A DNA stretch of 64,000 bases. Source: Zootoca vivipara (lineage: Eukaryota). A model generated the notes under the pieces. The model did no database searches and was not told where the DNA came from. It was given only the letters and a program-made list of their open reading frames with translations. This document shows positions 1-12,292 of this stretch, one piece after another (position 1 is the first letter of the stretch; each line of letters starts with the position of its first letter). Location of the stretch: the NCBI RefSeq assembly GCF_963506605.1, contig NC_083289.1, positions 25,172,001 to 25,236,000 on the forward strand. The letters run 5' to 3'. The position numbers and the translations under genes were made by a program.

Positions 1-95
1 TACAAAGGGGAGACTAAGTGCTTATTTGCATTTCTGCCTACAAAGGAAAACAGGTTTTCTTTCCCCTGCTGCTATCTAGAACCTCAAAGGCTTAC

Positions 96-137
<42 letters not shown>
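96..137. repeat. (AAT)14 microsatellite
   Basis: Perfect AAT run; source of the poly-Asn in ORF 18..239. Confidence 0.97.
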
Positions 138-139
<2 letters not shown>

Positions 140-184
140 AAAAAGGCGAGCTTTGCCCAGAAACCTTTCCATTGGCTTCTATCA

Positions 185-424
<240 letters not shown>

Positions 425-827
425 CTAGTCCTCATCGTTACTACAGTTATTTGCAACAATGCATGCAGTTCATGAAGAAAGCACCATACAGTTTAACCAC
501 TCGACTACATTTTTTCTTAACTGAATGCATTTTTATACGTTGTTTTCATGAATATATCTTTTTAATGCACACCTTCCTAAGCCTATATATTTTCACACCC
601 ATTATTTGGCTGGAGAACTGCAATGCAACATTTGGATTCCGAAGGATGGCTGTGTTTCAGTTTGTGTATTGTTTTGGAAAGCACAAATTAGGAGGGGGTT
701 TGCATTTAAATCCTATGCCCTTTTAAAAGGTGTGTGGGTATTAGGTTGTTGTTGTTTTTATTCTGATTATGTATTTTTGTGGTTTTTATATTCTGGTTTT
801 ATTCTGTGAACCATCCTGAGACCTGCA

Positions 828-830
<3 letters not shown>

Positions 831-866
<36 letters not shown>
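831..866. repeat. (AAT)12 microsatellite, probably the tail of a degraded LINE 3' end
   Basis: Perfect AAT run after a T-rich segment ending in tgtgaaccatcctgag. Confidence 0.9.
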
Positions 867-867
<1 letters not shown>

Positions 868-1954
868 GGAAACAGAATTGAATTTCTCCTCCATCCCTAT
901 ATTCAAAACACAAATGAACTATCAGAAGCAAAGAAAGGATAAAAAACAACAAGACCCTCCATACCTGTCAGGCCTAGTGAGGAGAAGCAGCAACTTGAAA
1001 TATTTAAGTTCAGTTCAGGGATGGATCTGATAATGAGGGATACTTAGGGGGCAGGTGTGACTCCTGGCATAATGAGGCTGCCGATAATGGAGAAAGGAAG
1101 CCGAGTTCTCTTCTTGCCACAGCTCCAAGCAGACCACCTTGGGCTATACAGCCTGATTACATGGATAAGATGAAGGCACTCAGATGCCCTCCTGGCCTGT
1201 GCACCACCGACTGATAGAGCTAACCTGTTATTTCTCTCCCCTCTCTGGAAAAGTTTCAATTTCCTCTTGTCACATTCTAAACCCTGGGGATATAAAGTTT
1301 GCAAAAACAGAGAGGAAGAAATCCCCCCCCCCCTGGTTCCCTGACTCTCTGAGGGCCTCTTTTGCGGGTCTAGAGAGCAGTTTGACAGCCAGAGAGAGAA
1401 ATGCCGTGAACTCACAGGGAATGAGGGGTTTGTAATTGAAATGCACAAAGGCCGTGGGTGGCAGCCCTGGCCCAGGTCAGTGCCATTAATGGCTTTAAAT
1501 AAAAAAGAAAAACAGCAGCTGCAAGTTATTCGGGAGAAAAGGAGCTTGTGCCTGTGTCAAGGGTGACCTGCGAAATTTGGGGCTGGGGAACGAGAAGTGA
1601 ACTGGGAATTTTGTGTGTGTGCAAAAGTTATTTGCAGAGTTAAAGACACTGGTTCTGTAAAGAGCCACTCTTGAGTTTGACTGCACAGTTCCAGGGTAGA
1701 CTCAGTAATTGTGTTTGGGTATTCCTGCCATACAAACTGCAAACCTGAGGATGCGATTACTGGGTCAAGCTCAGTTCCACAACCTCTGTTGTGAATCCCT
1801 CATTCAGGCCTTTTTTTGCAGGGAGAGGGGCTAACTTAAATAAAATATTGGTTTTTTGGGGGGATAAGCCCTGCACTGAATAATCGGTGTACCGACACCT
1901 TTGGATGGCAATGCCCATCAACTTTGCCCCCCGCCGGCCCCCTCAAATGTTTTA

Positions 1955-2305
<351 letters not shown>

Positions 2306-2674
2306 TCACAACACAACTGACGTCTTTTTGTGACTGTAAGTTGTTTTAAACGTTTTTCATATTGTGCCTTAATTGTTGTTAACTGCCTGGAGCCTTGGGG
2401 TGAAGGCATTGAAGTGTAGGTGGGTTCTCAAGAGGCAAGACAACTGGGCAACTGCTTATATACAGTTCTGATGGCCTGGGCCACTCCCAACGTGATTGGC
2501 TGTCTAAACTTCCCAGCTGCGAATCATGACTCAGAATTTAAGGGCCAATGGAAGAGGTCCAAATCCTGAAATGTTCTGTGATTGGATATCATGTATTGAA
2601 ACAGAACACAGGGGCTCAGAATCCTTAGTCCAGACTCAAGCTTAGACAAACACAGACTACTGAATACCTAACAG

Positions 2675-2821
2675 CAGTGCTTTTTTTCCTAAAAAAATGT
2701 TTAGGGGTACTCTCATTTTCCTACTCATATTGAAATACTGCCCCTCAATGAGGCCAAACTTAGATTCACAAAATGTTTAAGGGTATGCGTCCCCCTGTGG
2801 ACCCCCAGAAAAAAGCCACTT
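2675..2821. mobile_element. Non-autonomous hAT-type DNA transposon (MITE)
   Basis: Ends CAGTGCTTTTTT ... AAAAAAGCCACTt. Flanked by near-identical 8-mers cctaacag / cataacag. Confidence 0.75.
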
Positions 2822-4276
2822 CATAACAGGCATAATAATAATACCAGCAGAAGGACATCATTGCAATAAGTTGTTTCATAGCAGTTAATTTTGAAACAAA
2901 ATATAGCAATTCATTTTAAGGCTAGCATTACATTTTAAATTCACAATAAAACTGACAAAATAATAAAACACTTGATATTATTTAAGTCAAGTCAAGTCAT
3001 ACAGAGTGGCGTCTAATAGGGTGATGGTGGCACCCTTTGTCTTGGCACCCAGGCTGCTTCATGCACTTTGGGAGACGTATGTCAGAGGCTGCAAGAGGGT
3101 GAGGGGTGGGGGTGGAGAAAGGCAGTGATCCTTCCCCTGGATTTGCAGCTTCAGTGTGGGCTTTCAGGAAATAAGCTTCCAGGTCGGAATGTCAAAAGAA
3201 TTGCAATGGAGACAGAAAAGTAAGTGGGAATTGCTGTAGTTTGCATGCTCATCTGTGGTGAGCAGCTTAAATCATTTTGGTGCTTAAATTGTATACCGCC
3301 CTTCATACATGGAAGAAATGGAAAAATAAATGTTCTCTGATTGTTAGGTAGGACGCAGGTTATGTCCCTGCTCTGCAGAGCACTTAGCATAGCGGGCAGA
3401 TCCCACCCTGGACTCTCTCTTTATTCGCATAAATTTGTATGCTCTGCAAACGTGCAGAGATGCAAATCTAGGCACCAAATGGCTCCCAGGACAATAGTTT
3501 GGCATTTATTATAACGTTCAAATCTACCAAAGTGCACTCTGTGTGTGCAGAGACTCTTAGTAGGTGATTTAAAGGCTCTGTCCTCCAGTATTCTAATTAG
3601 TGACATTTAAATAAGGGCTCCTGCTCTTTCACTTGTCAACAAATGAATTAAAATAAACCAGGGCCCAATCCTGCAAGCCCACGGGGGTCTCTAAGGACCT
3701 GTCATTCATCTGTGTAAGACTCACGAGGGCAAGACTTTATTTTACTCAAATTAATGGGAGTACTCCTGAGAATCATATAACCTGATCAGATTGGAGATGG
3801 AGCGAGGGTGCCTGTGGCTTTAACAGATGCAAAAGAGGGGGATTCTCACGTGGACAGGAAAAAGGCATCGATCTCTCCCATGAGTTGAATTGGTGGCACC
3901 TTCTGAAATCTGATGAGTCTCCCCATTTTTTGCATTTGAGTGAAGGGGAGTCCCAGGGCAGCTGCAGGAGGGGGTGTCTGGGGGTGGGGGTGTCTGTGCA
4001 GCTGAGCCACCCAGGATTCACCACAGCTCCAGGGTGTTGCACATTCACAATTTGTTTAGAAGTTTGAAACAGTAAAAAAGGAAGTTTATATGTATCCCCC
4101 AAATCAAACAGTTGTATGTCCCTGGACCCCAAAATAGACATTAGAATACCCCATAGGGCACACCTGCACAATTGCAACAATAATAGCTGTTCAAAGCTAT
4201 CATGCTCCCGAAATACTTGTAAACGCATGATGATATTGCATAGTTTTCACACCCACACACCTATAAGTTAGTTGTA

Positions 4277-4464
4277 CAGTCATACCTCGGTTTAAGTACG
4301 CTTCGGTTTGAGTACTTTCAGTTTAAGTACTCCGCGGACCCGTCTGGAATGGATTAATCCACTTTCCATTACTTTCAATGGGAAAGTTCGCTTCAGGTTA
4401 AGTACGCTTCAGGTTAAGTACAGACTTCTGGAACCAACTGTGTACTTAAACTGAGGTAGCACTG
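4277..4464. mobile_element. Tc1/mariner (Tigger/pogo-like) MITE, 188 bp
   Basis: TA|CAGTCATACCTCGGTTTAAGTAC ... GTACTTAAACTGAGGTAGCACTG|TA. Inverted termini, TA TSD and internal TTAAGTAC subrepeats. Confidence 0.85.
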
Positions 4465-5144
4465 TATTTATTGATTTGGGGTTTTTCTTTCCTCCCCAGG
4501 CAATACGTACTGTACATTCAAAGATTTCTGTGCTTAAAATACTGCCGTTCTGTGAGTTTCCTCTAATAACTTTTTTACTTGACCAGGAGGAAATGCTTAA
4601 GCAGTGATACTGATGTAGAATAAAATGTCCCTATTTTCATCTGAGGAATGGTAGAGGGTATAGATCTGAACTAATTCAACTCCATAAAGTTTGTTTTGTG
4701 GAATAGCTTTTAATCACAGTTGTGATGCGTGGCAGGGTTTTGGTCTTTCAGACTGTGCAAGTGCAGGGCCCTTGGTACTCTCTGAACTGCATCATGGGGC
4801 TGCTGCCAGCTGAATTACGCCTGCAGTTTAATCGCTGAGCCTGCTACGTGTGAATGTCCGTGGGCTTGACCTTGCCCGAACCAGCATGGAAGGAACAACA
4901 TTTTTCACACGGTTGGGTTTAAACATGACCAAAACCACCACAACACTTTCTTGATAGATGCACTGGGACCTTGACATTGGCAAGGTAGATTTGGAAAGAA
5001 AAGCAGCCTGTAGTTTGGGAATGCTGTTCTCAGGGGCTTAGGAAGGGTTTGTGTGGTGGGGGCGGTTTGCCCCAGGTGCCATCTCTGAGGGGGCTGACAA
5101 AAAGGCACACCGTGGGCGGTTAGACCCACCACCCCAGGGCACGA

Positions 5145-5502
5145 CGGTTAAGGGGGGGAAGGGGGGGATATGATAGCCATGTTCAAATATATTAAAGGAT
5201 GCCATATAAAGGAGGGAGAAAGGTTGTTTTCTTCTGCTCCAGAGAAGCGGACATGGAGCAATGGATTCAAACTACAAGAAAGAAGATTCCACCTAAACAT
5301 TAGGAAGAACTTCCTGACAGTAAGAGCTGTTCGGCAGTGGTATTTGCTACCAAGGAGTGTGGTGGAGTCTCCTTCTTTGGAGGTCTTTAAGCAGAGGCTT
5401 GAGAGCCATATGTCAAGAATGCTTTGATGGTGTTTCCTGCTTGGCAGGGGGTTGGACTGGATGGCCCTTGTGGTCTCTTCCAACTCTATGATTCTATGAT
5501 TC
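5145..5502 (+). mobile_element. CR1 LINE, 5'-truncated 3' end
   Basis: ORF 5170..5427 (MIAMFKYIKG...ERRFHLNIRKNFLTVRAVRQW..LP..VVESPSLEVFKQRL) is a typical CR1 ORF2 C-terminus. Ends in ttccaactctatgattctatgattc. Confidence 0.93.
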
Positions 5503-8500
5503 ACCCATGCAGCCAGCTGTTCTGCTTTGAAGAAGTAGCAAGTTTATGCTCTGAGTCTCCACTTTTGATGAACACTAACCACCACTTAGTGCATTCCATG
5601 TGGCTAAAGGCATGGGAAAGAAAAGGAAGAAAAAGGGTTGGGAGATGTATATTGTGCAAGGGAATGAACAATCATATATTTTGCAAAACCTCTCCTCCAC
5701 TGCCTTCTGCATATTTTAGTTCAGTATCCGCAATGCAGAATGCAGCCCACCAGCTATGTATGGCAACCCAGCCAGGGGCTGATAAACTTCCAGTTCTTAA
5801 TGTCTGCCTGGCCCTGCAAAACCAGAAGGGTTGTCATTGCACTGACAGGCCACACACTGCATGCCATGAGGCGGGGGCTGCATTTGGCTCTGCAGGTCAC
5901 ATGCTGCGCAGGTCCTGTTAAAGCACATGAGCATCAGACTGAGAGCTCAGGAGTTTGCTGCCTCAGTGCGCCTTGAGATCTGATACAGACCTCATTTAAG
6001 CCAGCAATCCCTACACCATCCGGAAGTTCTTTATCAGCCAAGCGCATGTTTCTTCTGGATAAAAGGATAAGCGCGGGCGACGACTCCAAAATACCTGAAC
6101 TCAGCCAGAGGTTGGATTATATGTGCTGCCATGGATAAGCCTCATCTCGTCTCATTTCCTGCTTTTTGATGGCTTCATTAGGCTGCAATGAGGAACATGC
6201 CATGTTGGTGGACTTGCCACCCACTCGGACATCCTGCTTGGAGGATTATTAAAACTGACAGAATGATCACTGTTGAGCATATGCACAGGGCAGTTTTCAA
6301 AAATATCTGTGAATAGTGCACTAAAGGAACATAGCAGGACTCATCCCTCTAACCACCTCTATTCAAGTTCAGGAATAATTACACATTTCAGAAGGGATGT
6401 TGTATCAAAGCCAGAGGCATCTTAACATGAGGTTCAGAAACATGTTGTAAGTAAAGAAGAGCACAGCTTTATATTGCATTATATCATGGACTGACTATAT
6501 TACTGACATATTACTGATAAGCACCTGATGAAGTGGACATTGATTCTTGAAAGGTTACTGCCCCAATAAAATTATTAGTCTTTAAGGTGCAACAAAACTC
6601 TATTTCTTTTGGCTGTATTAGCGCAACACAGCTACTCCCCCCGGAAATTATTACTGATATAAATGTACACTGTAAGGAGACAAGGCACCATAAATCAATT
6701 CCCTTTCGATTCAAACACAAACCTAAAAATAAATAAAAGGTGAGTAAAATAAACCAGGAAAGAAAAAAAATAAGTAACAATAACAGAATTATCAGAATTG
6801 CTCTACTGGGCCAGGTGGAAAAGTCCGTTTGTTGCCATAGAGACAAATGGGTGGGACTTTCCCCACCTCACTTGGCTAGTTGCCAGATCACCAAGATGGA
6901 GAACAATAGGCCAGGAGATGCTGCAAGCTAGAGACACAGAAACTGGTCTTATTCTGTGCAAGACCCATAGATACGGTTTGGAGAACTACCTGGGAATTCA
7001 GTGGAGAGGCAAGATCCATTGAGTGTTAATGCTGTGACGGAGGCCCTCCAAGCTATACTCAGGTTGTATATACAGTATGTGTAAATAAAACCATATATCC
7101 TAAAGACACCACATACAGCATTGACCTTCATTCTAAGGAAACCAAACTCTGGGCAAAGCGCTATAACCTCTAGAGTTTCCTGCCACTTGGAGATTGGGGT
7201 GTGTGTGCAACAATATGAATTGGGAGACTTTTGCTAACCATGCTTGCAACATTTCAGTTGTCTTAGGGGTCGTGATCACTTGGGAGAAGCTGTTTGGCAG
7301 CAGCCATAAAAACCCAACAGGCAATAAATGACTGGGGGGGGGGTGTCCACCAAGACAAGTGGCTTAATCCACCACGGACCTACTTGCGCAATTAGAATGT
7401 ATAGCCTAATGATGGATTGCCTCCCACCATTTTAAATACTGCCAGCCCCGACTCCTGGAATTAAGTGCAAATGGAGATTAAGGGAAGAGTTGTCACGTTG
7501 CTGCCTCCATTTTGACAGCAATATTTGGACTAGAATTCTTTCATTGTAAACCGGGCTATTTATAAATGGAGACAATTAAGGAACATTACTTCTTGTCTTG
7601 AGTTTTTCAGAGAATGACACCAGCTCCTTCCTTTTAAAAAGGCAGGAACATTAAAATGCATCTCTGTTTCCCGCGGCACAGAAGTCACCTCTAGCTGAAG
7701 ACTAATGAGGCAGTATCTTCCCAGGACTAAATAAAGGCAAGATGATTCCTGATGGGGATACTGACTTAGCACAACGCAGAGGTGGTGGAAGGGAAGCCAT
7801 AATCACATCTAACAAATGAGAGCAGGATCACAGCTTTTAAGCATGTTTAGATTCCAAAGGTTAGCAAAGAGAGATAGATAACAAATACATGGAGTGGCCC
7901 TTATTAGAAGCTTTTCAATTGCACAACTATCCATGTTTACTTGTAATATGATAAAGGCAGAACTCAGTTGTATCTATTTGACATGACAATTACATCTCTC
8001 TCCCTCCCTCCCTCCCTCCCCCCCTCATATACACACATATTTATTTTAAACAAACTGTTTTACCTGAAATCTGAAACAAAGAAATGACAGCAACAGAAAA
8101 TGCAGTGGGGCATTTTGCTCTGTTACATTAGATCAATTTTTAATTAGCTCTACAACACTCTTTCCTTTAAGTGCTTTCAAACGAAAATTTAATATCTTCT
8201 TTTTAAAATGTAGGCAAAGAACAGTTATGGTGCTCATTAAAAGACAGTTGGCTGGATAGATGGATAGAGAAAAAACAAAAATGCTGATAAAATGACACCA
8301 ACCAGGAAGGTATACAGGGGCCATATTTTCACCTGCCTTATTCCACAACGAACATGTCAAAAGTGTGCCTCTTAGAAAACGAGGAAGGGCAGCACTAAGG
8401 CAATCTACAGCTGTAGCAAACACCCCCATTCTTTCTTTAAAAATGTTAGATTTTCTATGGTCTAAAAGAGAGAGAAGGTTCATGGGAAAATGAAAGAGGC

Positions 8501-9884
8501 CAATGATTTGATGGCACCATGGAGATTCCGGGGGGGGGGGTGTCAAGCAAATAAAACATGGCATTTTCACCCTCGTGTTTGGAAAGATCCTGGATCTCTT
8601 CCTGGGACCACCATAGTCTCAACTCACACAAGCCAACAAGTCCCAAGAGAAAAACTGTGAATCCTGTGCAATGCTATGTTTTTCTAGAAAAAGAGGTGCT
8701 GGAACTCACCATGAACACCACCCTTGTTCTCTTATAATGGCAATGGCGCCCACCTGAGAGGTGCCAGAACTGGGGGGGGGGGAGAGTCCTGGTCCTATGT
8801 GCAATGGGATTGTTTTAGGGTGTATTTTAATTATAGTGTATTTTAGTAATGTCATGTATTTTTTGTGGTTTTTTTTAACATTTTGTAAGCCACGCAGACG
8901 CCTATTTTGGTATAATGATGGTATAATTGATCAGTTTAATACAAATGGATAAAGGTAATAATCACCACAAAGGATGGAAACATTTTTGTACTCTGCCACC
9001 GGTACGAAATTTCTCCTGCCGAGGAGAAAGGAAACTGCCCCCTGGCTGCGGCCCTTGCTGTGTTTCCATCCAACTTGGCTGAACTGCAGCTCCTGATCCT
9101 GATGAAACCAGTTGTTCATGCCTCTAGACAATACAACTACACTTCTCCAAATGCAGGAAGAATCGAAGGAAGGAAGAAGGTGGATTGGAATAAATGAGAG
9201 CTGGAGGCTTCGGCCAGGCTCTCCTCCTCCTATCCCCTTGACTGTGGCAGAGTCAGGGGGGGGGGGTTTGTTGCTACTGAACTGAATCTAATTATTTTCT
9301 CAGGGATGTAAGACCTGGAGAAATTACAGGATGTAGCTTCCTTTCCTCTTGTTTCGAAGTGGGGGAAAGGAGAGAAGGATCTATGAGGAGATGGATAGAT
9401 CAATGTATACGCTGTAATTATTTTATTATTGGAGCTCTCTCTCTCTCTCTTTCCCCCTCTCCCTCTCTCTCTCTCTCTCTCGTCACCATTAAAAAAACCC
9501 ACACTTTAATCACCATCTCAAAGTAGGTTCCACAGAAATTAGTTTTGACAGGACTTCAATAGACATGGTGGATCTGACGCTAAACACCCTGCTACTCTCC
9601 TCTGTCTTCTCAGCATGGCACGAAGTCATAACAGCCACTTGTCTCTGACATTTGGTTAGCAGTTCCTGGAGTGCAGAGAGAGATTAGGTCTGATTCACTG
9701 CAGGCCATGTGAGCCTGTCAAAGCTGCTGGGTATCAAGGAGATTTTAAGGCACCTGGGAGCTCCCTAGCTCAGCCAGACCAGCACCCAGACAAAAGGGAA
9801 GGCAATCCTTCGGTCTGCTGTGACCCCGGAAACCCAGCAGCGGCCAGGACACTGAGTCGGGAACAACAGAGAGTAAAATGGAGA

Positions 9885-10145
9885 GAATAAAAGTTTTTCT
9901 TCTTCTCTCGTAATACTAGAACTGGTGGGCCTCCAGTGGAGCCGAACATTGGAAGATTCAGGGTAAAATTTTAAAAGGGCTTCTTCATATTGCAGAGCTA
10001 AACTATGGAACTTGTTCCCGCAGGAGCCAATGATGGCCACTAATTTGGGTAGCTTTAAAAGAGGACTGGATAATTCATGGAGAACATTGCCAGTGGCTAC
10101 TAGTCATGATGGCTAAGCTCTACCTCCATTGTCAAAGGTAGTAAG
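9885..10145 (+). mobile_element. Older CR1-like LINE 3' fragment, host of the adjacent CR1
   Basis: gtgatggccac...ctttaaaagaggactgga...attcatggag...ggctactagtcatgatggc motif is shared with degraded copies at about 17395-17640 and 24668-24992. Confidence 0.65.
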
Positions 10146-10612
10146 AAGGATATTGATGAACTGGAATGTGTACAGAGGAGGGTGCCCAAGATGGTCAAGG
10201 CTCTGGAAACCAAGCCTTATTAGGAACAGTTGAGAGAGTTGGGTATGTTTTGCCTGGGAAAGATGAGACTGAGAGGTGATAGGAAAGCCATCTTTAAATA
10301 TCTGAAGGGCAGTCACACAGAAGATGGAGCAAGCTTGTTTTCTGCTGCTTCAGATGGTAGGACTCAAACCAATGGAGTCAAATCACAAGAAAGGAGATTC
10401 TGACTAAACACGAGGAAGAATTTTCTGGTGTAAGAGCTGTTGAATAGTGGAATGAAGCACTTTGGAAGGTGGTGGAGTCTCCTTCATGGGAGTTTTTAAA
10501 GCAGAGGTTGGGTGGCCATCGGTCAGGGATTCTTTAGTAGTGATTCATGCTTTGTAGGGGGTTGGACTCGATGACCCTTGGGGTCCCTTCCCACCCTACA
10601 ATTCTATGATTC
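10146..10612 (+). mobile_element. CR1 LINE 3' fragment, degraded
   Basis: aaggatattgatgaactggaatgtgtacagaggagg... CR1 ORF2 remnant ending in cctacaattctatgattc. Confidence 0.88.
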
Positions 10613-12019
10613 CAGTAATGCTTCTGAGTTCCAGCATGCTCTTCTTAAGGAGCTGGACTGGGTCCTCTGAGACAGATGTTGGTGATCAGAGTGAACTTGA
10701 GGCAGGAACTCACTGAACCAGATGCCACAGCACCTGGACCTACAGAACCAGAGCCAGGACCAGAGCCAGGAACCAGCCCAACAGAACAATGAGCGTACCA
10801 CTGCTACTGGGAAAAGACTATAAGCTCAGTGGTAGAACATTTGTTTTGCATGCAGGGGTAGACAACCTTCCCCCCCCTTGGGGCCGGTTGCGGCGCTGCA
10901 CGCAATCTGCCCAGGGGAGATTTTGTCACCCCCCTCTGGGATGACACCCGGAGTAGCCCGCACCCCCACTGCCAGCTAGTGTGGAAGCGCTGAGCTAGAT
11001 GGGTGATCTAACTCAACATAAGGCAGTTTCCTAAGTGCCTAGAAGAGATTATTCTGCAGAGATGCCAATGCAGGATGGCACAGGGGCTTACTTATATTTT
11101 ATAATCTGGTGCCTGGTGATCTGTTTGTCCTTCCCAATGACTCTGCTGTTTTACCTCTACCGTCACACTGTCCTCTTAGTGCCTAACCGCTTGTACCTTA
11201 ATCTACTCATTAGCAATTACAGAGGCACGCTCGGTTGTGTGTGTACCTAGCATGCCACTGCATCCATTCCGGGCTGGATAAAGGGGGAACTCAACAGGGC
11301 CGTTTGAAGGAATCGCATCTGATTAGCTCCATCTCAGCTGCCCAGGAGGAACAGATGGGAGTGGACGCATACTGAGGCTGTCATTCCTGAACTGAGTGCT
11401 GGGGCACATTAGGGTGGTGCGGGAAAATAATTAAAGGGCCCCAAAGAACCTACCCACAGAGGAGGGGGCCTGCTGTTTTATCAGAACAAGCCACTGGACT
11501 TCCATGTCATCAGCTCTTGTTTGGTGGCAGCGGAAGCTTAATTCTGCCACATCTCAGCACTGGGTGCTGTTGGATCATTAGATCACCTGTGAAGCAGACA
11601 CGAGAGCAGATGACAGAGGAGTCCGCCTGTGTTTGCCTCACAGTTCTGGCCTCTGTCCAATTAGGAGCCATGCACAAAATAGAAGCATTGGGGGGGGGGC
11701 TTCTTACAGGGTGGTTTATTGTTGGCAGCCCTGTGTGAGTGTATGAAATGCTAGCCTGGGCCCTTGCTTGCTCTATGTGCCTTGGAGTTGGGTGAGATTC
11801 AGGAGAAAGGCCCATGCACCCCTTGTTAGTGGTGCTTTGGTGCAACTATCTCAAGCCATTGGTGTCTTCCCCATAAGGTGGAGCAGGTTTGTGTGCCCTC
11901 TAATGTGCTGCATGCTGTGCTCTGCCTATGCCTTCTGTCTTCTTAGAAGATCATTGTCTGGTGGCTGGTTACATGGATGGTGTGCCTTTTCTAGGTTCCT
12001 AGCTCTTTCTGGCATGCGT

Positions 12020-12292
12020 GAAGAAGAAGAAGAAGAAGAGGAGGAGGAGGAGGAGGAGGAGGAGGAGTTTGGATTTGATATCCCGTTTTATCACTACCCG
12101 AAGGAGTCTCAAAGCGGCTAACGTTCTCCTTTCCCTTCCTCCCGCACAACAAACACTCTGTGAGGTGAATGGGGCTGAGAGACTTCAAAGAAGTGTGACT
12201 ACCACAAGGTCACCCAGCAGCTGCATGTGGAGGAGCGGAGACCCGGTTCACCAGATTACAAGTCTACCCCTCTTAACCACTACACCACACTG
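12020..12292 (-). mobile_element. tRNA-derived SINE with (TCC/TTC)n tail
   Basis: Reverse complement of the copy at 17786. Head cagtgtggtgtagtggttaagag, with the tail read on + as GAA/GAG repeats at 12020-12067. Confidence 0.88.
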
